DNA of 64,000 nt from Bacteroidales bacterium (lineage in GTDB: Bacteria; Bacteroidota; Bacteroidia; Bacteroidales; UBA4181), in NCBI GenBank assembly GCA_031275285.1, contig JAISOY010000211.1, forward strand, positions 17,318 through 81,317. The letters are read 5' to 3'. A program made the position numbers and the translations under genes. This document shows positions 19,389 to 28,471 of the stretch, in pieces. How positions within the stretch are numbered: position 1 is the stretch's first letter; every line of letters begins with the position of its first letter. Under the pieces are notes generated by a model, which did not search any database, was not told the DNA's origin, and saw only the letters and a program-made list of their open reading frames with translations.

Positions 19389-19458
19389 GGTTAGAAGGTT
19401 AAAAAGTTTATAAAGTTTATAAAGTCGGAAAGTTATAAAGTTTAGGAAGTGAAATAGT
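19351..19458 (+). repeat. Array of ~13 degenerate 8-9 nt units ending in (A)AAGT (locus 2)
   Basis: Units read GAAAGGT TCATAAAGT TAGAATGT CAGAAAGT TCATAAGGT TAGAAGGT TAAAAAGT TTATAAAGT TTATAAAGT CGGAAAGT TATAAAGT TTAGGAAGT GAAATAGT. It shares GTTCATAAAGTTAGAA.GTCAGAA.GT with locus 1. Confidence 0.85.
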
Positions 19459-19707
19459 TCATCGATAAATAAAATGTCATGAAAAAGTTAAAACTGGATT
19501 TTCAATTGTATCCGCGGATAAAGAACCCCTACGGGGGATGAACTGATTCCGGGGAATAGCCTGATAGACGATGGATTATATCCCTTGTATTATCCGGACA
19601 TATAAAAAAGGAATGACTGCCAAGCCCAGCGTAGTATTCGTTCGGAAAAATATACCTATTATTATCAATTTTTTCGGTTTAAGATTCAACTTTAATTTTT
19701 AGAAATC

Positions 19708-20439
19708 ATGAACAAATCATGTTCAATATTATTCATAACAACGATGATGTTTGTTGCTCCCTTAACAAGTAAAGCGCAAGTCGATTATTCATTAGGAGCT
19801 GATATTGTCAGTTCATATATATGGCGCGGATCCCATTGTGCCGGAACAAGTATTCAACCCAGTATGGGATTATCGGTAGGAGGCTTCTCCATCGGGACAT
19901 GGGGAAGCGTAGATGTGGGCGGGTTCGGACTCAAGGAAGTGGACCTGACCCTCGGCTATTCTATCGGAGGCTTCAGTATCGGATTATCCGATTATTGGTG
20001 GAACGGCGAAGAAGCTTATGATTATTTCCGGTTCAAAAAAGATTCGTCATCCCACATGCTGGAAGTGAACCTGGGATATGAATTCGGATTCGGTCTCAGC
20101 TTATCGTGGAATACCATGGTAGCCGGAGCTCAGGACAAATACCCGGACGATGATGGAGATATCCAGAGGGCTTTCTCTACCTATATCGAAGCCGGTTATT
20201 CTTTCTCCATCAAAAGTATTGACTTAACGGCGTCACTCGGCTTCAGCCCGTGGAAAAGCGATGTCATGTATACTGCAGGATATGCCCATGCGACAGACGG
20301 ATTCGCAATCACCAATATTTCACTGCTTGCATCCAAAGAGATCAGTATCACCGAACGCTTTTCGCTGCCTGTCTTTACTCAGTTAACTTTCAATCCTGCA
20401 AAGGAAGATGTATTCCTTGTATTCGGATTTAGTTTCTAA
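19708..20439 (+). CDS. Putative outer-membrane beta-barrel porin (TorF/Gcw_chp-like), first gene of the glnB-amtB operon
   Basis: Signal peptide ending SKAQ. SSYIWRGSHCAGTSIQPS resembles the TorF-family Y-x-x-RG motif. The sequence shows an alternating amphipathic pattern and ends in an aromatic residue (FGFSF). Confidence 0.6.
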   Translation: MNKSCSILFITTMMFVAPLTSKAQVDYSLGADIVSSYIWRGSHCAGTSIQPSMGLSVGGFSIGTWGSVDVGGFGLKEVDLTLGYSIGGFSIGLSDYWWNGEEAYDYFRFKKDSSSHMLEVNLGYEFGFGLSLSWNTMVAGAQDKYPDDDGDIQRAFSTYIEAGYSFSIKSIDLTASLGFSPWKSDVMYTAGYAHATDGFAITNISLLASKEISITERFSLPVFTQLTFNPAKEDVFLVFGFSF

Positions 20440-20457
20440 TATTATAATGAAAAGAAA

Positions 20458-20805
20458 ATGAAAAAGATAGAAGCAATTATACGCAAAAGCCGGTTCGAGG
20501 ATGTGAAAGAAGCTTTACTGAAAGCAGATATCGAATGGTTCTCTTATTATAGTGTACGTGGTGTAGGTAAGACACATCAGGAAAGGATTTATCGTGGTGT
20601 AGTGTACGATACCAGTTATATTGAACGTACCATGCTTGTTATAGTGGTACGTGACATAAATGTGGAAAAAACGGTTTCCGCAATTCTCCAAACGGCTCAG
20701 ACCGGTGAAATCGGAGATGGAAGGATCTTTATTTCAACCATTGATGATTCCATCCGCATCCGTACCGGTGAACGTGGAGACATTTCACTATATGATGCCA
20801 AATAA
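20458..20805 (+). CDS. glnB: P-II family nitrogen regulator
   Basis: 115 aa: MKKIEAIIR, a T-loop-like region, GEIGDGRIFIS. Confidence 0.9.
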   Translation: MKKIEAIIRKSRFEDVKEALLKADIEWFSYYSVRGVGKTHQERIYRGVVYDTSYIERTMLVIVVRDINVEKTVSAILQTAQTGEIGDGRIFISTIDDSIRIRTGERGDISLYDAK

Positions 20806-20826
20806 TCACTTTCAAAAACAATAATC

Positions 20827-22200
20827 ATGATACATAGTATTTCAAAATATATCACAATTCTATTCATCGTTTTGTTGGTCATACCGTTTTCGGTATTGGC
20901 TCAGGCTCCCGCGACTGTTGACGTTACAGAAGTCGTCCTAATTGAAGATGTTCCGGTGATGGATACAGGCAATACAGCATGGATACTTACCGCCACTATT
21001 CTTGTTATGTTGATGACGATACCGGGGCTTGCCTTGTTTTATGGTGGTTTGGTACGTCAGAAGAACGTATTGAGCATCATTATGCAATGTCTGGTTTGTG
21101 TAGGGGTAATCAGCATACTTTGGGTTGCTTTCGGGTACAGTTGGGTATTCGGGACCGGCTTTATGGAATCAGGCAGTCCATGGGGATTCATTATTGGAGG
21201 GTTCGACAAGGTTTTCCTTAACGGGATAACACTGGATACCTTAACGAGCGGAAACATCCCTGAAATCCTGTTTGCCCTTTTTCAATGTATGTTTGCCGTA
21301 ATTACGCCCGCATTGATAGTAGGAGCTTTTGCCGAGAGGATCAAGTTCTCAGGATTTCTTCTCTTTACCATTTTCTGGGCTATACTGGTATACAATCCTA
21401 TGGCGCACTGGGTATGGGGCGGAGGCTGGATCGGAGAAATGGGAGCCATCGACTTTGCCGGAGGCACGGTCGTTCATATCAATGCAGGTATATCGGCACT
21501 TGTGATGGCGATTATGCTGGGGAAGCGCGAGGATTATAAACATGGACGCCCTACCACTCCTCACAACATCACTTATGTCTTTTTAGGAGCTACCTTCCTC
21601 TGGTTGGGCTGGTTCGGGTTCAATGCAGGTAGTGGGCTGGCTGCCGACGGACTGGCTGCAAATGCTTTTCTGGTAACACACATTGCGACAGCAGTTGCGG
21701 CAATCGTATGGATGGTAATAGACTGGATACACCACAAAAAACCAACAACAGTAGGTCTTTGTACAGGAGCCGTAGCGGGATTAGTGGCCATTACTCCTGC
21801 CGCAGGAACAGTCGGTGTCCTTGGTGCTTTTGTCATCGGGGCGGTATCATCCATAGTCTGTTTTTTAATGGTAGCTTTTGTCAAATCAAAGTATAAATAT
21901 GATGATTCTTTAGATGCCTTTGGTGTGCATGGTATGGGGGGGATTGTCGGATCTATACTTACAGGAGTATTTGCTACACAGTTTATTACCGGTCCTGATG
22001 GACAGCAGGGCGCATTGTATGGAGACTGGCACCAGCTTTGGGTGCAAACCATTGCTACTGTAGCAGCCATCGCATATAGTGCAGTTTTTACATATATCAT
22101 TTTCATTATCGTGGATAAAATGGTCGGAATACGGGTCTCTCCACGGGTTGAAGAAGAAGGATTGGATATTTATGAACATGGTGAAACAGCATATAACTGA
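20827..22200 (+). CDS. amtB: Ammonium transporter
   Basis: 457 aa with signal peptide and Amt motifs: DTGNTAWILTATILV, AIDFAGGTVVHINAG, FGVHGMGGIVGSILTGVF. Confidence 0.95.
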   Translation: MIHSISKYITILFIVLLVIPFSVLAQAPATVDVTEVVLIEDVPVMDTGNTAWILTATILVMLMTIPGLALFYGGLVRQKNVLSIIMQCLVCVGVISILWVAFGYSWVFGTGFMESGSPWGFIIGGFDKVFLNGITLDTLTSGNIPEILFALFQCMFAVITPALIVGAFAERIKFSGFLLFTIFWAILVYNPMAHWVWGGGWIGEMGAIDFAGGTVVHINAGISALVMAIMLGKREDYKHGRPTTPHNITYVFLGATFLWLGWFGFNAGSGLAADGLAANAFLVTHIATAVAAIVWMVIDWIHHKKPTTVGLCTGAVAGLVAITPAAGTVGVLGAFVIGAVSSIVCFLMVAFVKSKYKYDDSLDAFGVHGMGGIVGSILTGVFATQFITGPDGQQGALYGDWHQLWVQTIATVAAIAYSAVFTYIIFIIVDKMVGIRVSPRVEEEGLDIYEHGETAYN

Positions 22201-22274
22201 TAAATAATTAAGAATTAAGAATGAAAAGTTGAGTAGTTCTTAATTTTTATCTCTTAATTTTAAAATTTAACAAA

Positions 22275-23306
22275 ATGTTAAGTATCCCTAAAGATTATCA
22301 TCCGACACTGGATGTACAGCAGACGGAAGAAGCTGTGAAGATGATCAAACTCACATTTCAGGAAGAGTTGGCACAGGCATTATCCCTACGCAGGGTAACA
22401 GCCCCGCTTTTTGTCCTATCAGGCACAGGTATCAATGACAATCTGAACGGAATGGAGCGTCCGGTATCGTTTGAAATATCCGCCATCGGGCAACGTGCCG
22501 AAATCGTTCATTCACTGGCAAAGTGGAAACGCATGAAACTCGGTGCATACAATATCGAACCCGGGAAAGGACTCTATACCGATATGAATGCTATCCGGGC
22601 AGATGAAGAGGTGTTGGATAACCTGCATTCCGTATATGTGGACCAGTGGGACTGGGAGCGTACCATCACCGCTGCAGACCGTAACATCGGCTTCCTGAAA
22701 AAAATAGTCCGGAAAATATATCAGGCTATTCGTATTACGGAAAAAAAGGTACATGATACCTATCCAGATATCAGGCAATGGCTTCCGGATGATATCCATT
22801 TCATACACAGTGAAGAGTTGTTGGAATTGTATCCCCAGTTGTCTCCGAAAGAACGCGAAAACAAAATCGCAGAAAAGTATGGTGCTGTATTTGTTATCGG
22901 TATCGGCGGAGAACTGGCAGACGGAAAGATACATGACGGACGCTCGCCCGATTATGACGACTGGAGTACACCTGGTGAAAATGGTTTCAAGGGTCTCAAC
23001 GGAGATATTATCCTTTGGAATCCATTGTTAAAAAGCGCTTTCGAAATCTCATCCATGGGCATCCGTGTGGATAAGACCGCTTTGGTGGAACAACTCAGGA
23101 TCAGGGGATGTGAGGACCGGCTGGGCTTGCTTTTCCACAAGAGCCTGATGGAAGACAGGATACCTCTCTCTATCGGCGGCGGTATCGGACAGTCACGTCT
23201 TTGCATGTACCTTTTACACAGCGCCCATATCGGCGAAGTACAATCGAGTATCTGGCCGGAGGAAATGATCAGAAAATGTGCAGACAACCACATTATTTTA
23301 AAATAA
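22275..23306 (+). CDS. asnA: Aspartate--ammonia ligase (asparagine synthetase A)
   Basis: 343 aa with AsnA-type class II synthetase-like motifs: RVTAPLF, YVDQWDWE, GGGIGQSRLCMYLL. Confidence 0.92.
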   Translation: MLSIPKDYHPTLDVQQTEEAVKMIKLTFQEELAQALSLRRVTAPLFVLSGTGINDNLNGMERPVSFEISAIGQRAEIVHSLAKWKRMKLGAYNIEPGKGLYTDMNAIRADEEVLDNLHSVYVDQWDWERTITAADRNIGFLKKIVRKIYQAIRITEKKVHDTYPDIRQWLPDDIHFIHSEELLELYPQLSPKERENKIAEKYGAVFVIGIGGELADGKIHDGRSPDYDDWSTPGENGFKGLNGDIILWNPLLKSAFEISSMGIRVDKTALVEQLRIRGCEDRLGLLFHKSLMEDRIPLSIGGGIGQSRLCMYLLHSAHIGEVQSSIWPEEMIRKCADNHIILK

Positions 23307-23404
23307 AATATTTAAACAACATGATATATGCGGGAAACAGGGATGTTTATAAGTTCAGTGTGAAAAAGTTGTCTACTAATTTGCACTCATGGCTGTTGGT
23401 TTTG

Positions 23405-23412
23405 TATTTTTG
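23405..23412 (+). promoter_or_regulatory. Candidate -7 box (TATTTTTG) upstream of the type III glutamine synthetase gene
   Basis: TAnnTTTG match, with a TTTG at 23380-23383 (21-nt spacing), about 95 nt upstream of the ATG. Confidence 0.4.
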
Positions 23413-23508
23413 CAGAATAACAGCGCATCCGGTTTTCGATATTTGCGAACATCCATGTAATCTGTGTTATTCGTGTCTTCATTAACCATTGAAATCAAAT
23501 TTTAAACC

Positions 23509-25701
23509 ATGTCTAATCTAAGATTCAAAGCAGTAGAAACAGCTTTCAGCAGGAAAGCCGTTCAGGTTCCTATTCCTGACAAAAAAACATCCGATTATTA
23601 TGGAACGCTTGTTTTTGATCGCAACCAGATGCGCAAATATCTTTCGAAGGAGACGCTTAAAGTGGTGTTGGATGCCATCGATAAAGGGGTTCCCTTGGAA
23701 CGTAGCATTGCCAACCACGTAGCAGCAGGTATGCGCATGTGGGCCATGGAACTGGGGGCTACCCACTATACGCACTGGTTTCATCCCCTGACCGATGGTA
23801 CGGCTGAAAAACACGATGCATTCGTGGAACCTGATGGAAATGGTGGAGTAATTGAGGAATTTACCGGAAAACTCCTGGCACAGCAGGAACCCGATGCATC
23901 CAGTTTCCCCAGCGGCGGTATCCGTAATACTTTTGAAGCCCGCGGATATACGGCATGGGATCCTTCTTCTCCCGCATTTATTATAGACGATACACTCTGT
24001 ATCCCGACCATTTTCATATCATATACCGGTGAATCGCTCGATTATAAACTGCCCTTGCTGAAAGCTATTCAGGCAGTAGACAGAGCAGCAACAGGTGTAT
24101 GTAAATACTTCGACCGCAGTGTCAGAAAAGTAACTTCTTTTCTGGGCTGGGAACAGGAGTATTTCCTGGTGGATGAAGCCTTATATTCAGCTCGTCCCGA
24201 TTTGCTTCTGACCGAACGTACCCTGATGGGGCATGAAAGCGCCAAAAACCAGCAGCTGGAAGACCATTATTTCGGTGCTATTCCTACTCGGGTTTCCGCA
24301 TTCATGCGTGAACTGGAATACGAATGCTATAAGCTCGGCATTCCTGTAAAAACACGTCACAACGAGGTAGCTCCCAATCAGTTTGAACTTGCTCCGATTT
24401 ATGAAGAAGCTAATTTAGCTGTAGACCACAACTTATTATTGATGTCTACCATGAAAAGAGTTGCAGAACACCATAATTTCAAGGTGTTGCTGCATGAAAA
24501 ACCTTTTAAGGGCATCAATGGGTCAGGGAAACACAATAACTGGTCGTTGGGTACTGATACCGGAGTGAACTTACTTGGCCCCGGCAAAAATGCTTCCGAA
24601 AACCTCCAGTTCATCACTTTCCTTGCAAATGTGTTAATGGCGGTATACAAAAACAATGCATTGCTGAAAGCCAGCATATCGTCGGCTACCAATGCACACC
24701 GTCTGGGCGCTAACGAAGCCCCGCCGGCTATTATTTCCGTATTCCTCGGTTCGCAAATATCCAAAGTACTGGATAAACTGGAATCTAGTGAAGGGATCTC
24801 TACCATCAAGGTAACCGAAAAAACCGGAACCCGTCTTTCTTTAACACATATTCCCGAGATTTTGGTAGACAATACCGATCGTAACCGTACGTCACCTTTT
24901 GCTTTTACAGGGAACCGTTTCGAATTCCGTGCGGTAGGCTCGTCCGCCAACTGTGCTTCCGCTATGATCGCACTTAACACAGCTGTGGCATACCAGCTCA
25001 ACCAGTTCAAAAAATCGGTGGATGAGCTGATTGCCAAAGGAACTAAGAAAGACGAAGCCATCTTTAAAATGATCCGTGAGTACATCATCGAATCGAAGCC
25101 CATTCGTTTTGACGGTAACGGTTACAGCGACGAATGGAAAGAAGAAGCTAAGAAACGCGGCCTCGATTGTGAAACCTGTGTGCCTGTAATTTATGATGCC
25201 TACCTTACTCCCCGTTCCGTGGATATGTTCACTTCCGCAGATGTGTTGAGTGAAAAGGAATTACATGCACGTAATGAGGTGAAATGGGAAGTATATACCA
25301 AGAAAATACAGATAGAGGCACGTGTGCTCGGTGATCTGGCGATGAATCATATCATTCCGGTGGCTACCCGTTATCAGGGAATGCTGCTCGATAATGTATA
25401 CAAGATTCAATCAGTATATGACAATATTGAAAAAGCCAAGGCGGTATCTGCACAGGATTTTGAACTGATAGAGGATATATCGCATCATATCAATACTATT
25501 AAGACAAAGACCGATCAGATGATCGAAGCCCGTAAAGTGGCCAACAGGATCGAAAACGAGCGTGAAAAAGCCGTCACTTACTGCCGGGAAGTAGAACCGT
25601 TCTTTGACGAGATCCGCTACCATATCGATAAACTCGAGCTGATTGTCGATAATGAAATGTGGACACTGCCGAAATACAGGGAACTGTTATTTATCCGATA
25701 G
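23509..25701 (+). CDS. glnA: Glutamine synthetase, type III
   Basis: 730 aa, the length and layout typical of GSIII: HYTHWFHPLT, NEVAPNQFELAP, HEKPFKGINGSGKHNNWSL. Confidence 0.95.
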   Translation: MSNLRFKAVETAFSRKAVQVPIPDKKTSDYYGTLVFDRNQMRKYLSKETLKVVLDAIDKGVPLERSIANHVAAGMRMWAMELGATHYTHWFHPLTDGTAEKHDAFVEPDGNGGVIEEFTGKLLAQQEPDASSFPSGGIRNTFEARGYTAWDPSSPAFIIDDTLCIPTIFISYTGESLDYKLPLLKAIQAVDRAATGVCKYFDRSVRKVTSFLGWEQEYFLVDEALYSARPDLLLTERTLMGHESAKNQQLEDHYFGAIPTRVSAFMRELEYECYKLGIPVKTRHNEVAPNQFELAPIYEEANLAVDHNLLLMSTMKRVAEHHNFKVLLHEKPFKGINGSGKHNNWSLGTDTGVNLLGPGKNASENLQFITFLANVLMAVYKNNALLKASISSATNAHRLGANEAPPAIISVFLGSQISKVLDKLESSEGISTIKVTEKTGTRLSLTHIPEILVDNTDRNRTSPFAFTGNRFEFRAVGSSANCASAMIALNTAVAYQLNQFKKSVDELIAKGTKKDEAIFKMIREYIIESKPIRFDGNGYSDEWKEEAKKRGLDCETCVPVIYDAYLTPRSVDMFTSADVLSEKELHARNEVKWEVYTKKIQIEARVLGDLAMNHIIPVATRYQGMLLDNVYKIQSVYDNIEKAKAVSAQDFELIEDISHHINTIKTKTDQMIEARKVANRIENEREKAVTYCREVEPFFDEIRYHIDKLELIVDNEMWTLPKYRELLFIR

Positions 25702-25724
25702 AGTTAGTTTACCAATTTTTTCGT

Positions 25725-25755
25725 CCCGGCAGGAATTAGTCTGCCGGGATTTTTA
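25725..25755 (+). terminator. Rho-independent terminator after glnA(III)
   Basis: CCCGGCAG (25725-32) and CTGCCGGG (25741-48) form a stem with an 8-nt loop, followed by ATTTTT. Confidence 0.8.
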
Positions 25756-25811
25756 ATTGAAAAGTTGATACATTTCGTTCAGTATTGTGTTAAAAAGTAG
25801 ATGTTTTAAGT

Positions 25812-26843
25812 ATGCTATTTCAATTTTCTGATGGAAAATTTCTCTTAATTCCTATTCTGTTCTTTTTGATTTCCCTGCAAGGCTGTAAAATGAAAAGAAC
25901 TGTTGTTTCCGATCATTCTTCCCATGTTATGGAAGAGGTGATCGGGGATATTACTTTCGAAAAAGGTTTTTCCCTTTCGCCGCTCGATCCACAAATTACC
26001 CAGCGAAAAGGTGCAGATAAGGCAAATACTGATACCCTTTATTTTTATCAGCCGGATACCCGACCGGTTTGGCAAATGTCGCAATGGTATAGTAAATATG
26101 ACCTGGCAGGTACCATAACTCAAAAAAACAGGGACAGCATATCATACAGTAATCAGGGCAAGAAAATTACAAGGCATCATGACGGATCCCTGTTACTGGA
26201 GATCACAACAAGTACTGAATATGACCATCCCCGCCGGGATGGAGAACCATGGCCGCATTTACTGATCGAACAAAAGTTGAATAAAAGGGTAAACATCGGG
26301 GAAGTCCGGAAAATACTTTTTTCAATGGAAATGAAGTTGGTGAAGTGTACTAATATGATGCGTGAAGAAGATTTTAACGAGGCCTTACACACCGCCCAGA
26401 CGCCTCTTTATTTTATTTTAAAAAATACCAATAAAAACTCTGAAGACTATAATTCCGCTATCTGGTTCGGTATTCCCTCTTTTGATTACCGATATACTAA
26501 GATGAGTGAAAAGGAATTAATATCCTGGGATATAGGAACACAGATGTTTATTTATAATGTTCCCCAAATACTTGTCTGGGGCGATATCTCTTTTCAGGAT
26601 ATGAGGTGGCATAAGGCTGAAACGGATCTATTGCCATTGATGATGCGGGCGGTTGAATCGATGCAGGAAAAAGGGGTTTTTACGGCGACATCACTTTCGG
26701 ATTTGGTACTTACAGAAATGAACTTCGGATGGGAAGTTCCGGGGATTTTTGATGCGGCTGTCATGGTAAGAGGGATCAGTCTTAAAGTGGAAAGAGATAC
26801 TCCTGATACCATGATGACAGCAAGCAGGTCAGGATTCCGGTAA
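25812..26843 (+). CDS. Hypothetical lipoprotein (no recognisable family)
   Basis: 343-aa ORF with lipobox-like LISLQGC near the N-terminus. No motif recognised. Confidence 0.6.
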   Translation: MLFQFSDGKFLLIPILFFLISLQGCKMKRTVVSDHSSHVMEEVIGDITFEKGFSLSPLDPQITQRKGADKANTDTLYFYQPDTRPVWQMSQWYSKYDLAGTITQKNRDSISYSNQGKKITRHHDGSLLLEITTSTEYDHPRRDGEPWPHLLIEQKLNKRVNIGEVRKILFSMEMKLVKCTNMMREEDFNEALHTAQTPLYFILKNTNKNSEDYNSAIWFGIPSFDYRYTKMSEKELISWDIGTQMFIYNVPQILVWGDISFQDMRWHKAETDLLPLMMRAVESMQEKGVFTATSLSDLVLTEMNFGWEVPGIFDAAVMVRGISLKVERDTPDTMMTASRSGFR

Positions 26844-26885
26844 TCATCTGACAGGTATTGCCTGCCTTCCCGATATAATATGGTT

Positions 26886-27728
26886 TTATTTTCTACTCTT
26901 GGTATAAACCCATTCTAAGAAGCCGGGGTCTTCAAAGGCGACTTCCCAACTGTGATGCTTGATCCCTTCATATTCACTATAACGAAAGTTTGTGATGCCT
27001 AATTTTTCCAGTTCTTTTACGATCAATCTTGAATTTTCTACAGGGACCATCGGGTCTTTTTCTCCATGTATGATCCATATAGGCACTTTACCTGCCCATT
27101 TTTCAACGTTGGAAAGAGATGCTCCTGCCGACATGGCTACAGCGGCGGCAAACAGGTCAGGGTATTCGGCAATCATTTGATAGGTAGTATATCCACCCAT
27201 GGAAACCCCACCTATATATATCCTGGTGGTATCTATAATATTACCGACTATGAGTTGATTTATAATATCATACACCATCTCTCCGTATGGGGAAAGGGAT
27301 ATTTCCATCTCATTACGGTTAGATTCTTCTCTCATCAGTTTTCTTGTTCCTACAAAAAAAGCAGATTTTCCATTTCTCATGATGTTTACAAAGGCGCTTC
27401 TCTTTGGGGCCTGTGGATATATCACTATAGACGGGTATTTTTTACGATTTTCCGGTTCAAGAAAAAGTTCTGCACCACGTTTTAATTGTCTTTCGTTGTC
27501 ATTACCGGAAAGGCCTTTTCCATGTAGAAAAATAAACAACGGATATGATTTGCCTTCTTCCATATCTTCCGGCCATAGTATACGATAGGGTAAGGTATAT
27601 TCTCCTTTCACATATTCTTTTTTTTCGAATAGGCTATAATCCGGTTTCCATGATTTTACCGACAGTATTAATGGTAAGACCGATATACAGGCAATAATAA
27701 TGGCTGCCCTTTTTATGGATACGTTCAT
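26886..27728 (-). CDS. Secreted alpha/beta-hydrolase (carboxylesterase / PHB-depolymerase-type esterase family)
   Basis: Signal anchor, nucleophile elbow GGVSMGG, and a later HGEKD acid/His region. Confidence 0.8.
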   Translation of the reverse strand: MNVSIKRAAIIIACISVLPLILSVKSWKPDYSLFEKKEYVKGEYTLPYRILWPEDMEEGKSYPLFIFLHGKGLSGNDNERQLKRGAELFLEPENRKKYPSIVIYPQAPKRSAFVNIMRNGKSAFFVGTRKLMREESNRNEMEISLSPYGEMVYDIINQLIVGNIIDTTRIYIGGVSMGGYTTYQMIAEYPDLFAAAVAMSAGASLSNVEKWAGKVPIWIIHGEKDPMVPVENSRLIVKELEKLGITNFRYSEYEGIKHHSWEVAFEDPGFLEWVYTKSRK

Positions 27729-27755
27729 TTTACATAATTATATGCTTTTTTCAGA

Positions 27756-28427
27756 TTACAGAATGGTACTTTGATCAAAATAATCCTGATCATCCGCATA
27801 GATGAAGATCAAAGTCCCTTCTTTTATGGTATCGATAATGGTCTTGCTGATTGATTTGGGAAGTGCCGGACAACCGAAACTTCGTCCCAAACGTCCTGCT
27901 GAAGCAATGACGGAAGGGTCGGCATAAGTAGCGCTATGGATCACGATAGCACGTTCTTTTGCACGGTCGTTGATTCCTTTTTCAAGGCCGTCAATAATCA
28001 GGGAGTAGCCATGTTTTCCCTGATAAGTATTTTCAGTGATAAAAAAACCTAATGAACTTTTATTCGATCCCCTTTCATTGGAAAAAGAGGTGGCATAATT
28101 TCCGCCGCTATTCTTACCGTGCGATACATGCGTCGAATACAGGATTTTTTTCTGTTTCATGTCCAACACATAAAGACGTTCCTCTGTCGATGGTTTTGAA
28201 AAGTCAATCAACGTGACCACATCTTTGTTTTTGGCATTTAATTTCTGATACCCGGTAACAGCGTATTCAAATGCCGTATAATTGACTACATGCTCCAACT
28301 CCATTTCTGTATAAAGTTGCTGACTCTCTGATAAAACCAATTCTTCTGAATCCCGTTCTTTACTCAACAGAAAATTGATCGGCAAGCAAAGAAACCATAC
28401 ACTAAAAAAGATAAAATATTTCTGCAT
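27756..28427 (-). CDS. Murein L,D-transpeptidase catalytic-domain family protein (YkuD_2-like)
   Basis: Signal peptide, VSHGKNSG, IVIHSA and SFGCPAL (catalytic Cys context). Confidence 0.78.
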   Translation of the reverse strand: MQKYFIFFSVWFLCLPINFLLSKERDSEELVLSESQQLYTEMELEHVVNYTAFEYAVTGYQKLNAKNKDVVTLIDFSKPSTEERLYVLDMKQKKILYSTHVSHGKNSGGNYATSFSNERGSNKSSLGFFITENTYQGKHGYSLIIDGLEKGINDRAKERAIVIHSATYADPSVIASAGRLGRSFGCPALPKSISKTIIDTIKEGTLIFIYADDQDYFDQSTIL

Positions 28428-28471
28428 GCCACAATTAAAACAACTTTTGTGCCAAATACCTATAATTGATT

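Noticed and set aside
18049-19458. CRISPR array interpretation of the short tandem repeats (also at 46843 and 48228)
   Set aside because: The unit length is ~8-9 nt with no intervening unique spacers, and the units are degenerate. No cas genes are present in the window.
21573-22106. 177-aa minus-strand ORF inside amtB
   Set aside because: It is antisense to a confidently identified ammonium transporter and has Pro/Ala/Thr-rich shadow-ORF composition.
22214-22248. AT-rich hairpin (ATTAAGAA-N15-TTCTTAAT + TTTT) after amtB as a terminator
   Set aside because: The stem is weak, all A/T apart from one G-C pair, with a large loop. asnA follows within 75 nt and may be co-transcribed, so this was left uncalled.
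24399-25103. 234-aa minus-strand ORF inside the GSIII gene
   Set aside because: It is an antisense shadow ORF within a strongly supported CDS, and no motif was recognised.
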